A stretch of DNA of 60,950 nt, filler included. It is 6 parts of 6 records of this genome, joined end to end, with 100 filler letters (N's around TTAATTAATTAA, not from the genome) between each part and the next. Parts side by side here need not be neighbours in the genome. Positions count along the whole stretch, not along the records: positions 41,290 to 48,831 come from SRR31147125_948; positions 48,932 to 54,298 come from SRR31147125_952; positions 54,399 to 60,950 come from SRR31147125_989; 3 more parts are not named here. The stretch is one strand, 5' to 3'. The position numbers and the translations under genes are program-made. Positions 42,574 through 56,514 of this stretch are shown one piece after another (positions within the stretch are counted from its first letter, which is position 1; every line of letters begins with the position of its first letter). The notes below the pieces were generated by a model. It was not told the DNA's origin. It saw nothing but the letters and a program-made list of their open reading frames with translations, and searched no databases.

Positions 42574-43566
42574 CTACTTTGAAATCTCTAACATCCGGAT
42601 AATTGGCACTTTCGCTTTTTCAATAACTTCATCAGAAAGCTGAACCTCAGGCTGTTCATGCTTCATACAAACATATAGCTTTTGTAAATTATTCAGCTTC
42701 ATATATGAACAATCATTGCACCCACAGGTAGAATCAACAGAAGGAGCAGGAATAAATACTTTATCGGGACAAGCTTTATTCATTTGGTGAAGAATTCCAC
42801 TTTCGGTAGCAACAACAAACTTTTTGGATTTGCTCTGCTGCACATAATTTAACAATGAAGTTGTAGACCCAATATGTTTTGCAAGAATAAGTACTGGCTT
42901 CTCACATTCAGGGTGAGCAATAAATTCAGCATCACCATGCTCATCCAGCAGCTCAATTATCTTTTCAACTGAATACTGTTCATGCACCATGCATGCACCA
43001 TCCCAAAGAATCATATTACGACCAGTTACACTATTAATATAATTACCCAGATTTTTATCAGGAGCAAAAATTAGCTTTTCATCTTCAGGAAAACTATCAA
43101 CAATCAATTTTGCATTGGATGAAGTACAAACAATGTCGGTCATCGTTTTTAAATCAGCAGTACAATTGATGTATGAAATGACTTTATGATCTGGATACTT
43201 GGCTTTAAACTTAGCAAACTTTTCTGCAGGAGCAGATTCAGCCAAAGAGCAACCAGCTTTTAAATCAGGTAAAATAACCTTTTTGGATGGATTAATAATT
43301 TTAGCGGTTTCAGCCATAAAATGTACACCCACGAAAACAATCAAGTCAGCGTCGGTTTTTTCAGCTTCTTGCGCCAAACCAAGACTGTCACCTACATAAT
43401 CTGCAATATCCTGTAGCTCTGCCTCCACGTAATAATGGCTCAATATAACCGCATTCTTCTCCTTTTTTAAGCGATTGATTTCTTCTACCAGCTTTAATTT
43501 AGGATCGATATTTTCATCAATATACCCCTTTTCATCTAACATCTCCTGTATCTGTGTCTTTTCCAT
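42574..43566 (-). CDS. nadA: Quinolinate synthase
   Basis: [41 protein letters not shown]. Confidence 0.95.
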   Translation of the reverse strand: MEKTQIQEMLDEKGYIDENIDPKLKLVEEINRLKKEKNAVILSHYYVEAELQDIADYVGDSLGLAQEAEKTDADLIVFVGVHFMAETAKIINPSKKVILPDLKAGCSLAESAPAEKFAKFKAKYPDHKVISYINCTADLKTMTDIVCTSSNAKLIVDSFPEDEKLIFAPDKNLGNYINSVTGRNMILWDGACMVHEQYSVEKIIELLDEHGDAEFIAHPECEKPVLILAKHIGSTTSLLNYVQQSKSKKFVVATESGILHQMNKACPDKVFIPAPSVDSTCGCNDCSYMKLNNLQKLYVCMKHEQPEVQLSDEVIEKAKVPIIRMLEISK

Positions 43567-43748
43567 CACAAATTGCTTTTTCAAAATAATGGGCGCAAAA
43601 TTACTAAATCCAATTAAAAAACACATGAATGTCTGAATTGTTTCTTTCTTTTAAACGCTTCAATATTAGTTACGATGAACATTCAAAATTGTTTTTATCA
43701 AAAAAGCCCCGGCATATTACCAGGGCTTAATGAAAAGTTATGCTTAAT

Positions 43749-47000
<3,252 letters not shown>

Positions 47001-47126
47001 TTAAATTTCCACAAAAAAAGAGTAAAATACAAATAAATAAAAGAGCTAAGTTAATGTAGAAGGGGCTTTAACAAAAAAAGCTGAGCGATTGCCCAGCCAT
47101 TATTCAATATTATTTTTTTTGTGTGT

Positions 47127-48128
47127 TTAAAAAAGCTTTCTAAACCCAATTAAATCTTTTACTTCTTTTAGGGTTGCAGAAGCTGATTCTCGTGCTTTTT
47201 CGGCACCCATTCTTGCAACTTTTGCTAAATATTCATCATTCGCAAGTATATCAACAATTCGATCCCGTATTGGAGATGTGAAAGCTACAATATCTTCTGC
47301 AAGTTGTTTTTTCATATCGCCATAACGAATTTCACATTTTGCATAAGCGTCATCAAACTGCTGAACAATGGCAGGATCAGTTACAATTTTCATAAGATTG
47401 AACAAATTTTGAACCGGCTCAGGTTTTTCAGAATTCATGTCTGTAGGACCTGCATCTGTTACTGCCCGCATCACCTTTTTACGAATATCTTTTGGGTCAT
47501 CATACAAGTTAATTGCGTTGCCTTCCGATTTCCCCATTTTTCCACTTCCGTCCAACCCAGGTACTTTTATTAAATCTGCCCCATCGAATGTAAACGGTTT
47601 TGGAATTGGAAATACATCCGATTTATACATCCGGTTGAAACGTTTTGCAAATTTTCTTGCCATCTCCAAATTTTGCTCCTGATCTTTTCCCACAGGTACA
47701 AAGTGTGCTTTATGAATAATAATATCAGCAGCCATCAAAACCGGATAAGTTAATAATCCTGAATTTACATTTTCTGGTTGCTGACGAGCTTTATCTTTAA
47801 AAGAAGTTGTACGTTCCAACTCACCGAGATAAGCGTTCATATTTAAGAATGTATACAACTCTGTAATTTCAGGCACATCGCTCTGAATAAAAATGGTTGA
47901 CTTCTCCGGATCAATTCCACATGCCAGGTATTCAGCTAATACCTGCTTAACACCTGATTGTAAGTTTTCGGGGGTTGGATGTGTAGTTAACGAATGAATA
48001 TCAGCAATAAAAAAATAGCAATTATAACTTTCCTGCATACGCAAGAAGTTTTGAACCGCCCCAAAGTAGTTTCCCAAATGTAAATATCCCGTTGGCCTAA
48101 TGCCACTAACAACTGTCGCTTTATTCAT
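47127..48128 (-). CDS. trpS: Tryptophan--tRNA ligase
   Basis: SGIRPTGYLHLGNYFG, YPVLMAADI, VPVGKDQ, KMGKS. Confidence 0.96.
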   Translation of the reverse strand: MNKATVVSGIRPTGYLHLGNYFGAVQNFLRMQESYNCYFFIADIHSLTTHPTPENLQSGVKQVLAEYLACGIDPEKSTIFIQSDVPEITELYTFLNMNAYLGELERTTSFKDKARQQPENVNSGLLTYPVLMAADIIIHKAHFVPVGKDQEQNLEMARKFAKRFNRMYKSDVFPIPKPFTFDGADLIKVPGLDGSGKMGKSEGNAINLYDDPKDIRKKVMRAVTDAGPTDMNSEKPEPVQNLFNLMKIVTDPAIVQQFDDAYAKCEIRYGDMKKQLAEDIVAFTSPIRDRIVDILANDEYLAKVARMGAEKARESASATLKEVKDLIGFRKLF

Positions 48129-48322
48129 CTTTAATGATCCTTCTAAATTAATGAGTTGCAAAAATAGGGCTATAATTAGAAATGGCAAAGTCTTTTTTAA
48201 TGATCTAAGTTTAAACACAAAAGATTCATTTTAAATTCAGAAAGTTGCCCCTAATTATGCTGTAGAAGCTATTGAATCATTAAATTATATATTTAGCTTT
48301 GCATTCCCTAAGATAAACAAAG

Positions 48323-48406
48323 ATGTGTATAATGACTTTATTTGGGAAAGAATGGCACTGGCGTAATGTAAAAATGGAAGTACGTCAGCAAAATTTGAAT
48401 TTGTAA
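48323..48406 (+). CDS. Putative Trp leader peptide
   Basis: MCIMTLFGKEWHWRNVKMEVRQQNLNL*, with TGG CAC TGG, upstream of a terminator and trpB2. Confidence 0.6.
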   Translation: MCIMTLFGKEWHWRNVKMEVRQQNLNL

Positions 48407-48420
48407 CCTTAAAGGTTGGT

Positions 48421-48460
48421 AAGGGGCTTGTTGTATATACAGCAGACCCCTTTCTTATTT
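48421..48460 (+). terminator. Attenuator-type terminator upstream of trpB2
   Basis: AAGGGGCTTGTTGTA-ta-TACAGCAGACCCCTT followed by TCTTATTTT. Confidence 0.65.
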
Positions 48461-48487
48461 TAAAATTTTAATTAAAACCAATAGATC

Positions 48488-48831
48488 ATGACTAGACAAA
48501 AGAAAATTTTCCTTGACGAAGCAGATATGCCAAAACAATGGTACAACCTAGCACCCGATCTGCCAACTCCAATGAACCCACCGTTAGGACCAGATGGAAA
48601 CCCAGTAACACCAGAAATGTTAGCTCCTGTTTTTCCAATGAACCTGGTAGAGCAAGAAGTTAGTCAGGAACGCTGGATTGACATCCCTGAGGAAATCAGA
48701 CAAATCCTTTTTCAATGGAGACCAAGTCCACTGATACGTGCTTATGAGCTTGAAGAAGCATTAGGAACGCCTGCGAAAATTTATTATAAAAATGAAGGTG
48801 TTTCTCCTGCCGGAAGTCATAAACCAAATAC
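48488..48831 (+). CDS. trpB2: TrpB2 (TrpB-like PLP enzyme), N-terminal fragment
   Basis: [40 protein letters not shown]. Confidence 0.92.
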
Positions 48832-48931
48832 NNNNNNNNNNNNNNNNNNNNNNNNNNNNNNNNNNNNNNNNNNNNTTAATTAATTAANNNNNNNNNNNNN
48901 NNNNNNNNNNNNNNNNNNNNNNNNNNNNNNN
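48832..48931. other. Artificial contig spacer
   Basis: N-run with TTAATTAATTAA. Confidence 0.98.
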
Positions 48932-50232
48932 GGAACCTAAACGTTCAACTTTCGCACAGTGGAGGTTACACAGCCAACCGCCGGGGAATGGTTTCAGGCA
49001 TGAGCCATCAGTTGGATGTGAACCGTAATAACCTGGCTAAAAATGTGGCAGAACCTTATCGTAACGATTCGTATGCCATTGGCCGCATTAGTTCGGGCTG
49101 GGATTTGCAAGGACAAGCCGGGCAGCCCGGAGGACGCGAACCCATTGACCCAAAAATAGGAAGGGAAGTTGGCAACTTGCTTTGGGGTTTACATAATGTG
49201 GATATGGAATGTATGTATTGGCAGGACGAAAAACTTACTGACACCGTACTTTATCCGTTGCTTACCCGAGCCGTAAATTACTACCGACACTTCCTTGTTG
49301 AGAACGAAGATGGTTTGTTGAGTCTTCCGGAAACATTTAGTCCTGAATATAAGATGGCGACAGACTGTACCTACGATATCGATCTGTTAAATTGGGGCGT
49401 AGGACGTTTGCTCGAATTGGCAGAAGAAAAAGGATTCTCGGATAAAGATGAACCTCTGATTACTGTTTGGAAAGAAATTCAGGACAAATTGGTTCCTGTT
49501 CATGTTGATGAAGAAACAGGCCGGATGATTGGGAAAGATGTAGAGTTGACGAATCGGCACAGGCATTGGTCGCATCTGTTAGCTATTTACCCATTACGTA
49601 CTCTCACGCCCGAAACTGTTGAAAATCGTGAGTTAATTGATCGCAGTTTAACGCATTGGCACAGCTTTGGAAGGGCTATGGGCTACTCCTTTACAGGAGG
49701 GGCATGTATGGCAGCTTTACTTAACGATGGCGACAGAGCCTTGGATTTACTCAATGGCTTGAAATCTTTTTTAAAGCCAAATACTTTTTATTCTGAAATT
49801 GGCTTATCTGTAATGGAAACTCCACTACACGGAGCTACTACAATGCAGGAGATGCTGTTGCAAAGTTGGGGCAAACAGTTGTGTATTTTCCCTGCTGTTC
49901 CTGAAAAGTGGTCGGATGTTCAGTTTCACCAGCTTCGAGGCGAAGGTGCATATTTGGTAAGTGCACGTCGTGAGGATTGTAAAACCCAATGGGTATTAAT
50001 ACAATCAGAAGTTGGAGGAAGCGTGGAAGTTGATCCTGCAATTTCGGATGCGCAGTGGATTGCAGCTGAAGAAACCAAGGTTGTAAAAAATGAAAAGAAT
50101 ACATTCACTATCCAAATGTCACCTGGCGATTGGCTTATGTTTTGGCCTAAGGGCAAAGTTCAGCCCAACCCAATTATTATGCCTGTTACCTCATACAGAG
50201 AGGAATATTATTTTGGCTTATTAAAAAAATGA
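48932..50232 (+). CDS. GH95-like glycoside hydrolase, 5'-truncated
   Basis: FSPEY, HRHWSHLLAIYP, EMLLQSW, IFPAVPEKW, LRGEGAYLVSA. Confidence 0.75.
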
Positions 50233-50264
50233 AGGATAATTGAACTTTAAGGACTGGGTGCAAA

Positions 50265-50681
50265 ATGCACAAACCCGACGATAAAAAATCATCTTATGGC
50301 GTTAGAGAATATTGGCCCGATGCGCTGGATGCACCGGGTGCAACACAAATGAAGCATTTGAAAAACCTGATACTTTCGAAACCATTTTTTGAGCGAATTC
50401 CCGATCAAAGCATAATTTCCGGTGAGCAAGGTGAAAAGTATAATTATTTAATTGCAACTCGTAGAAAAAATTATGCAATGATTTACACCTACAATGGGCG
50501 AAATATGAAAATAAAGATGGGGAAGATTGCAGGTAGAAAAGTAAAAGCATCGTGGTTTAATCCACGCATAGCTGAAAGAAACGATTTGGGTAGATTTAAA
50601 AATACAGGAATAAAAGAATTTGATCCACCCGGCGAAAAACAGGATGGGAATGATTGGGTTTTGTTGCTGGAGAAAATGTAA
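50265..50681 (+). pseudogene. C-terminal fragment of a DUF4038/apiosidase-like protein with putative collagen-binding domain
   Basis: W.DALDAPGATQMKHLK, RIPDQSII, ASWFNPR, NDWVLLL; no room for an N-terminal catalytic domain (32 nt from the previous stop). Confidence 0.6.
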
Positions 50682-50761
50682 AGCGTATATTATTCTTGAA
50701 AATATGTTGGTTTACAAAAGTTAATCAGATTTTGGTGTCAGAATTTGATAACGGTTGGCAC

Positions 50762-51461
50762 TTATTTTTGTAGTCTCAAAAAAGTTTCCTGAAAATCCTT
50801 TTTATAAACTCTGCCAAGCGGTATTTCAACTTTATTTATTTCAATATGGTTTGATGAAATTTTATCGACCAGTTGAATATTTACAATATATGAGCGATGA
50901 ACCTTAAAAATATAGAGGACGGTAAATTATCTGTCCAGTGTTTTAAAGAATAGGAGGCGTGGTATTTTTTTCTTTACAGAAAATGTAAGTATAATCACCA
51001 TCTGCGTGAATATAGGTTATATTATTCAGTTCTATTTTAATTAAATCGTAACCTACTTTTACCAAAATGCTATCCGGTTTTTTATTTTTAGAAGGTGTTG
51101 TAGTTGTATCTTTTAATCGTTCAACTTTTAAAATCGCTTTTAAAAAGCGTTCAAAAGAAAATGGTTTTAAAAGGTAATCCACCACGTCTAATTCGTATCC
51201 TTTCAAAGCATAATCGGGAAAAGCAGTGGTTAATACAATATAAGGTTTTTGGGGTAGTACTGCCAAAAAATCGATGCCCGAAAGTTTGGGTAAGTGAATA
51301 TCGAGAAACAATAAATCAACCGGATTGTCGCGCAAATAATCCAGTGCATCAAGCGCATTCGAAAACATGGCTTTTAAATTCAGCACTTCAATATCTCCAA
51401 TATATTTTTGAAGAATTTTTCGGGCCGGCATCTGGTCTTCTATTACAATGCAGTTAATCAT
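50762..51461 (-). CDS. LytTR response regulator (frameshifts near 50965 and 50905)
   Basis: IVIEDQ, LFLDIHLP, DYLLKPF, then in shifted frames SLKHW..KVHRSYIVN..IPLGRVYKKDF. Confidence 0.85.
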
Positions 51462-52464
51462 TGGGCAATTCAATTTTTAAAAATATTTTATACCAGTTAT
51501 TCTTCGTCTCAATATCTAATTTGTATTTATCAGCATAACCTAAATACAGACGTCCTTTTACATTTTTTAAGCCAATGCCTTTCGATAGATTATCTGTGTT
51601 ACTATCTTCTGTATAATTGTTATCGCAGTAAAAATGTAAGGTGTTGTTCTTTATTTTTATCGAAATATTTATTTGAATATCGTTAAGCTGGCTGGCCGGT
51701 GCATGTTTAAACGCGTTTTCAACAAAAACCATTAAAATAAGCGGTACAATTCTGAGTTGTTCCGGCTCTCCTTCAACGTTAAAAGTTACTTTCCCTTCAT
51801 CGCCCAACTGAAGTTCGCTCAACTGCACATAATCTTTTAGGTTACTAATTTCTTTGCTTAGCAGAACCGTTTTGTCGCGGCAGTCGTACAACATATATCT
51901 TAAAATTGAAGATAGTTGCAGGATGATTTCCGGTGTTTTCGGCGAGTTCTCCAATGCATAAGCATACAGGTTGTTTAGGTTGTTAAAAAGAAAATGTGGA
52001 TTAATCTGAGAATTCAAAAAGTGCAACTCGCTTTCTGCAACCAGGCTTTTTAGGGTGTCAATTTTTTGTTGCTTTTGAACGGCATCCCAGGCAAATTTGA
52101 AACCAATTACGAGTAGAATTGTAGGCAGACTATCAATAAGAGTCATTAAATAAAAAACGTGTTCGTATCTTGGCGAATTTCGAAAGAATAACCATTCAAC
52201 ACAATACTCGTCAACAAAAACAACAGCTACAAGAACGAATAAAAACCCAATAGTAAAAATACCATATTTTTTTGTGTAGAAATAACGAGGGAGTAAATAG
52301 TAATTTACAGTTAGTGCGGCGGCAATATAATTTAGTTTATAAATTACTTTATGCAACTGTATTCCCGGTTCGTTTTTATCAAATATATCCAGAAAAATCA
52401 GCAATAGAATAAAAACACTTAAAAACAGGTATTCCTTATTTAGGCATTTAAGCACTTGTTTCAT
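51454..52464 (-). CDS. LytS-family sensor histidine kinase
   Basis: LNSQINPHFLFNNLNNLY, FVENAFKH, GIGLKNVKGRL. Confidence 0.92.
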   Translation of the reverse strand: MKQVLKCLNKEYLFLSVFILLLIFLDIFDKNEPGIQLHKVIYKLNYIAAALTVNYYLLPRYFYTKKYGIFTIGFLFVLVAVVFVDEYCVEWLFFRNSPRYEHVFYLMTLIDSLPTILLVIGFKFAWDAVQKQQKIDTLKSLVAESELHFLNSQINPHFLFNNLNNLYAYALENSPKTPEIILQLSSILRYMLYDCRDKTVLLSKEISNLKDYVQLSELQLGDEGKVTFNVEGEPEQLRIVPLILMVFVENAFKHAPASQLNDIQINISIKIKNNTLHFYCDNNYTEDSNTDNLSKGIGLKNVKGRLYLGYADKYKLDIETKNNWYKIFLKIELPND

Positions 52465-52515
52465 CCCTTAAAGTTAATAGGTTTTGTAAGTTCTTTTCTT
52501 CATTCTTGCTTTGTC

Positions 52516-54298
52516 TTATTTAGGTGCTTCGCCTACAATCGGAGGAACATTATATTTTTCCGTGCGCTTATCTTTTATTACGCCCGACCAATTCAGTCCG
52601 AATGCAAAATCATAGGTGCTGCCGTCGCTGTCTATATGGCATTTCATATCGCGAGGTACATCTTCAAATTGTGCTTCCACAGTCTCCATATTTGCAGGCA
52701 TTTGAATAGGCAGTAATCCTGAAGGCTCTACCTGTCCGGTTAGAATCTCAAGAAATGCTTTGTCGGGCACACTGGCAGATCTGTTGCCACCGAATCCCAT
52801 AAGGATTGCATCAACCTCATTTTCAAATTCGCTAAACACCATTGGATTTGACATGTCTAGCACAACAATAACCTTTTCGACTGCAGATGCGGTTGACATT
52901 ACAAGATCAAGGTGACGTACGTTTGTGATGATTCCCGTTTTGCCGAAATAGGAGCGATTTTCCTTTACCAGTTTTTTCGTTTCGCCATTAGCTGTTTTCT
53001 CTGTAATTTCAATCATGTCTCCTCCCAGAGATTCGCGACGAACAAATTCTGAATTGGCAGTGTAAGGACGATATTGAAGTGAAATCGGCAAATATGTATA
53101 CTCCTCACGATTTGTTATGCTTCCAAAGGCTCCGGGGCCTTCTCTCATACCTCCGGATTCCATAAAAGTTGGATTCCCGTTTTTAGGATTACTGATTCTA
53201 ACAATGGCAAAATCGCATTGTGCTATTTCTTCTTTCGAGGCGCGTATAATATCGTCTTGAGATAGGGTAGGATTACCTTTTCTATCGACCGGACCGGTAA
53301 GTTTTTCTGCCAGAGCGTCGGTAACCACATCGTAATATTCTGCGGCTATTTCAAGGTCGAAACCAGGTTTCGCCGAGGCCGGTGTCCTTCTCCAGCCACC
53401 TGTTGCTGCTGAATATATCATGGGGATATATACTTTCGGTTTTTGGGCTTCTGCCGATGCCTTATGAATTATCCCGTCACTATTCTTCAGCATTATAATA
53501 GATTTGAGATGTGCCTGGTGTGCGGCCATTTCATGTTCAGGTTTTTTTGAAGTAGATTCGGCCACTTTGAAATGAAGATATGGATTGTCTACAATTCCAA
53601 TGTTAAAGTGGGTTCGAAGTATCCGCTCAGTCGACTTCTTCATAATTTCATTCATTTCTGTTTCACCAAGCCTGGCAATACCAAGTTTATAAGCTTCCAT
53701 GGCTAAATCAACACTTTTAGCCCCGTCTCCGCCATCGCCTCCAAAGGCATCACATCCTGCTTCAAGTGTTGCCAGCCTTTTTTCTATTGGATTTAAATTT
53801 TCTACACCATAATTTTTGCTGGTAAGAATACCAAAATCGGTAAGGATATAACCATCCCAGCCATATTCTTCTCTTAACAACTGGTTGAGTTTGTATGGGC
53901 TATAACTTGTAGCCAGGCGCTCTCCACCCACCGGTGAGCCATCTGCTTCAATACCTATGGAATAATTTGTCATGGCTGCGGTTACGGTTTTTGTTTTTCC
54001 GGGTAAGTCCATACAGGCAATAAATGGCAGGGTGTGAGTAAAAAATTGTCCTCCCGGGAAAATGTTATATGCCCCGTCGCGTGTATGCGACTCGCGACCA
54101 CCTTCGGCAGCACCGTCTCCCGGAAAGTGTTTCATTTGGTTATTTACACTGTGTTTGCCCCAGCCCAAATCATTTCCTTCTTCGTCGTAGGTAGATTGCC
54201 ATCCGTTAATTACTGCTCTGGCCATATCCGCCGATAGAGCAGGGTCTTCTCCAAAAGTTCCGGGAATGCGTTTCCATCGTGGTTCGGTAGCCAAATCC
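52516..54298 (-). CDS. GH3 beta-glycosidase, 5'-truncated
   Basis: EPRWKR..TFGED, MKHFPGDG, GYILTDFG, PSGLLPIQMP, YDFAFGL. Confidence 0.9.
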
Positions 54299-54398
54299 NN
54301 NNNNNNNNNNNNNNNNNNNNNNNNNNNNNNNNNNNNNNNNNNTTAATTAATTAANNNNNNNNNNNNNNNNNNNNNNNNNNNNNNNNNNNNNNNNNNNN
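54299..54398. other. Artificial contig spacer
   Basis: N-run with TTAATTAATTAA. Confidence 0.98.
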
Positions 54399-54446
54399 AA
54401 AAAGCGTCGGAAGTGTGATGCGACAGATAGAGGCCTGAAAGGGGCA

Positions 54447-54578
54447 AGGGCTGTCCAATGGACAGCCCTCCATTTTTGTCTGAATGAAAAGCAGAAGGCC
54501 CCGTGGCCTTCTGCTCCGCCGGATGGACTGTCATATGGCAGTTATTCCGGCGGACCGTCTCCGTAGGAGACGGTCTTT
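54447..54578. repeat. Four consecutive GC-rich stem-loops
   Basis: AGGGCTGTCC/GGACAGCCCT; AGCAGAAGGCC/GGCCTTCTGCT; CCGCCGGA/TCCGGCGG; GACCGTCTCC/GGAGACGGTC+TTT. Confidence 0.85.
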
Positions 54579-54609
54579 CACTGTATAAAAAAAATCTGAC
54601 AGGATTTAA

Positions 54610-56514
54610 ATGAGTACAACGAGGCTTATATTAGGAATCATAAACAGTCAGCCCAGGGGTTTGAGTCAGGATTATTATGAATCTGTTTATCAGAATTATT
54701 ATAAGCCCTGTCTTACTGTGCTGAATGAATTCCCGGAAATCCCGTTTGTCCTCTATTATTCCGGAACTCTGATGGATTGGCTGGAAATGAAACACCCTGA
54801 GGCGACCATGCTCATCAATGAGATGCTAAAACGCAAACAGGTTGAGCTTCTGGGTGGCGGTTACTATGAGCCTGTTTTCACTTTTATTCCGAATTCCGAT
54901 CGTTCAGGGCAGATTGAAGCTCAAACTATTCAGTTAAGAAAGAGATTCGGCCGAAGACCTCGGGGCGGATGGCTGGGAGAGATGATCTGGGAGCCGGGTC
55001 TGCCTTTTTCCCTCTGCAATTCCGGAATTGAATATACATTTCTTGATGACTCTTATTTCAAGATCGCAGGAGCCCGAAGCGATGATTTGAATTTGCCCTG
55101 TATCACCGAAGATCAGGGGAAAACGGTCGTTATATTTCCCATCGATTCGGAGATCAAAAATTATTTTCTTGAAAATACTCCGGAGGATAGTTTTGATTAT
55201 CTCAGTCTTAGACTGAAAAGCCTTACAAAGAGAGATGCCCGGGGGAAAAACAGAGTTCTGTCCGTTTTCTTTTCAGGTGAGGACTGGAACGGTTTTGAAT
55301 CAGGAGTCTGGCTGAAAAGTTTTCTGGAGATTATCCAGAAGAATATAAAAGAGCTGGATCTTGATCTGCCGATAAACTGCCCTAAATCCGGGGGAGTTTT
55401 AAAGAAATTTTATTTTCCGTCACTTCTTCCCGGCAAAATGCTTCAGGACCGCAAAGATCTGCCCCGGCATGATACCGCCAGAAATCTTATGACGAATTAT
55501 CCTGAGATAAATCTCCTTTATTCAAAACTACTTTTTGTGAACAACCAGATTAGACAGATACGCGGGGATAAATCGAGAAAGCGAAGCGCAAGATTTGGTA
55601 TCTGGAAGTCCCAGCAGAACAGGACTTTCTGGTATCCCTCTGGAAAGGGGGACACCTACCGTATGATACGGCAGTCTGCCTACTCTGATCTGATTCAGGC
55701 GGAGATACATTCAAGGGAATCCGGCATATTTCAACCCAACCTGATGGAGTATGATTTTACAATGAACGGTATGGCAGACTTCATGTATCAGGGAGACAGT
55801 CTGAACGCCTACATTCAAAAAGAAGGAGCCCGGGTCTTTGAACTCGATTACCTGGCAAAACCGTGGAATTATCAGGACACGATCTGTCACTGGGTCGAGA
55901 CAAAAGGAAACAGGGATTCTTTCGTAGAAACCTTCTATTCCGAAGATAACCATCCTCGAAGAAACGGTGATTCCAAAGGAACATCCTTTTTGAAAAGCCT
56001 TTTCGAAGTAGAAGAGGTGGATAAAGACAATAACAGAATTGTTTTCAGGATTGATTCCCGGATTCCAGATCTGGCCGGGAAGAAGCGGGCGGTAACTCTT
56101 CGCAAGATTTACCAGTTTTCAAAGAGCGGAATTAAGGTGAGTTTTGAGATTGAAAATTCATCTGACATTCCTCTGGAATTTTATTTTTCCACCGAAATTA
56201 ACCTCAATTTTGCTTCTACAGAAGATAAGCTGAAGATGGAATATGTCAGCAGAGGTGTGAAGAAGAGTGAAGCCGCTGAAAAAGGGACCTACAGGGATTT
56301 AAAATCCGTTGAGATCCGGGATGTGAAAAATAAATGCGGAATTTCAATTTCAACATCTAAAAATTGCGAGATGATAAAAAAGACAGAAGAGATTTTCGAT
56401 GAAAATTTCGGCCCCCTCTATCAGGGGACGAAATTCATGCTGGGCTGGAAGAAAAAAGCCGAAGCTCATAAAAGCTGGGGTGTGGAAATCAGCCTAGGAT
56501 TCAATAAGATCTGA
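54610..56514 (+). CDS. GH57 alpha-amylase/4-alpha-glucanotransferase-like protein
   Basis: ELLGGGYYEP, RGGWLGEMIWEP, YTFLDD, NYPEINLLYSK, C-terminal beta domain. Confidence 0.85.
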   Translation: MSTTRLILGIINSQPRGLSQDYYESVYQNYYKPCLTVLNEFPEIPFVLYYSGTLMDWLEMKHPEATMLINEMLKRKQVELLGGGYYEPVFTFIPNSDRSGQIEAQTIQLRKRFGRRPRGGWLGEMIWEPGLPFSLCNSGIEYTFLDDSYFKIAGARSDDLNLPCITEDQGKTVVIFPIDSEIKNYFLENTPEDSFDYLSLRLKSLTKRDARGKNRVLSVFFSGEDWNGFESGVWLKSFLEIIQKNIKELDLDLPINCPKSGGVLKKFYFPSLLPGKMLQDRKDLPRHDTARNLMTNYPEINLLYSKLLFVNNQIRQIRGDKSRKRSARFGIWKSQQNRTFWYPSGKGDTYRMIRQSAYSDLIQAEIHSRESGIFQPNLMEYDFTMNGMADFMYQGDSLNAYIQKEGARVFELDYLAKPWNYQDTICHWVETKGNRDSFVETFYSEDNHPRRNGDSKGTSFLKSLFEVEEVDKDNNRIVFRIDSRIPDLAGKKRAVTLRKIYQFSKSGIKVSFEIENSSDIPLEFYFSTEINLNFASTEDKLKMEYVSRGVKKSEAAEKGTYRDLKSVEIRDVKNKCGISISTSKNCEMIKKTEEIFDENFGPLYQGTKFMLGWKKKAEAHKSWGVEISLGFNKI

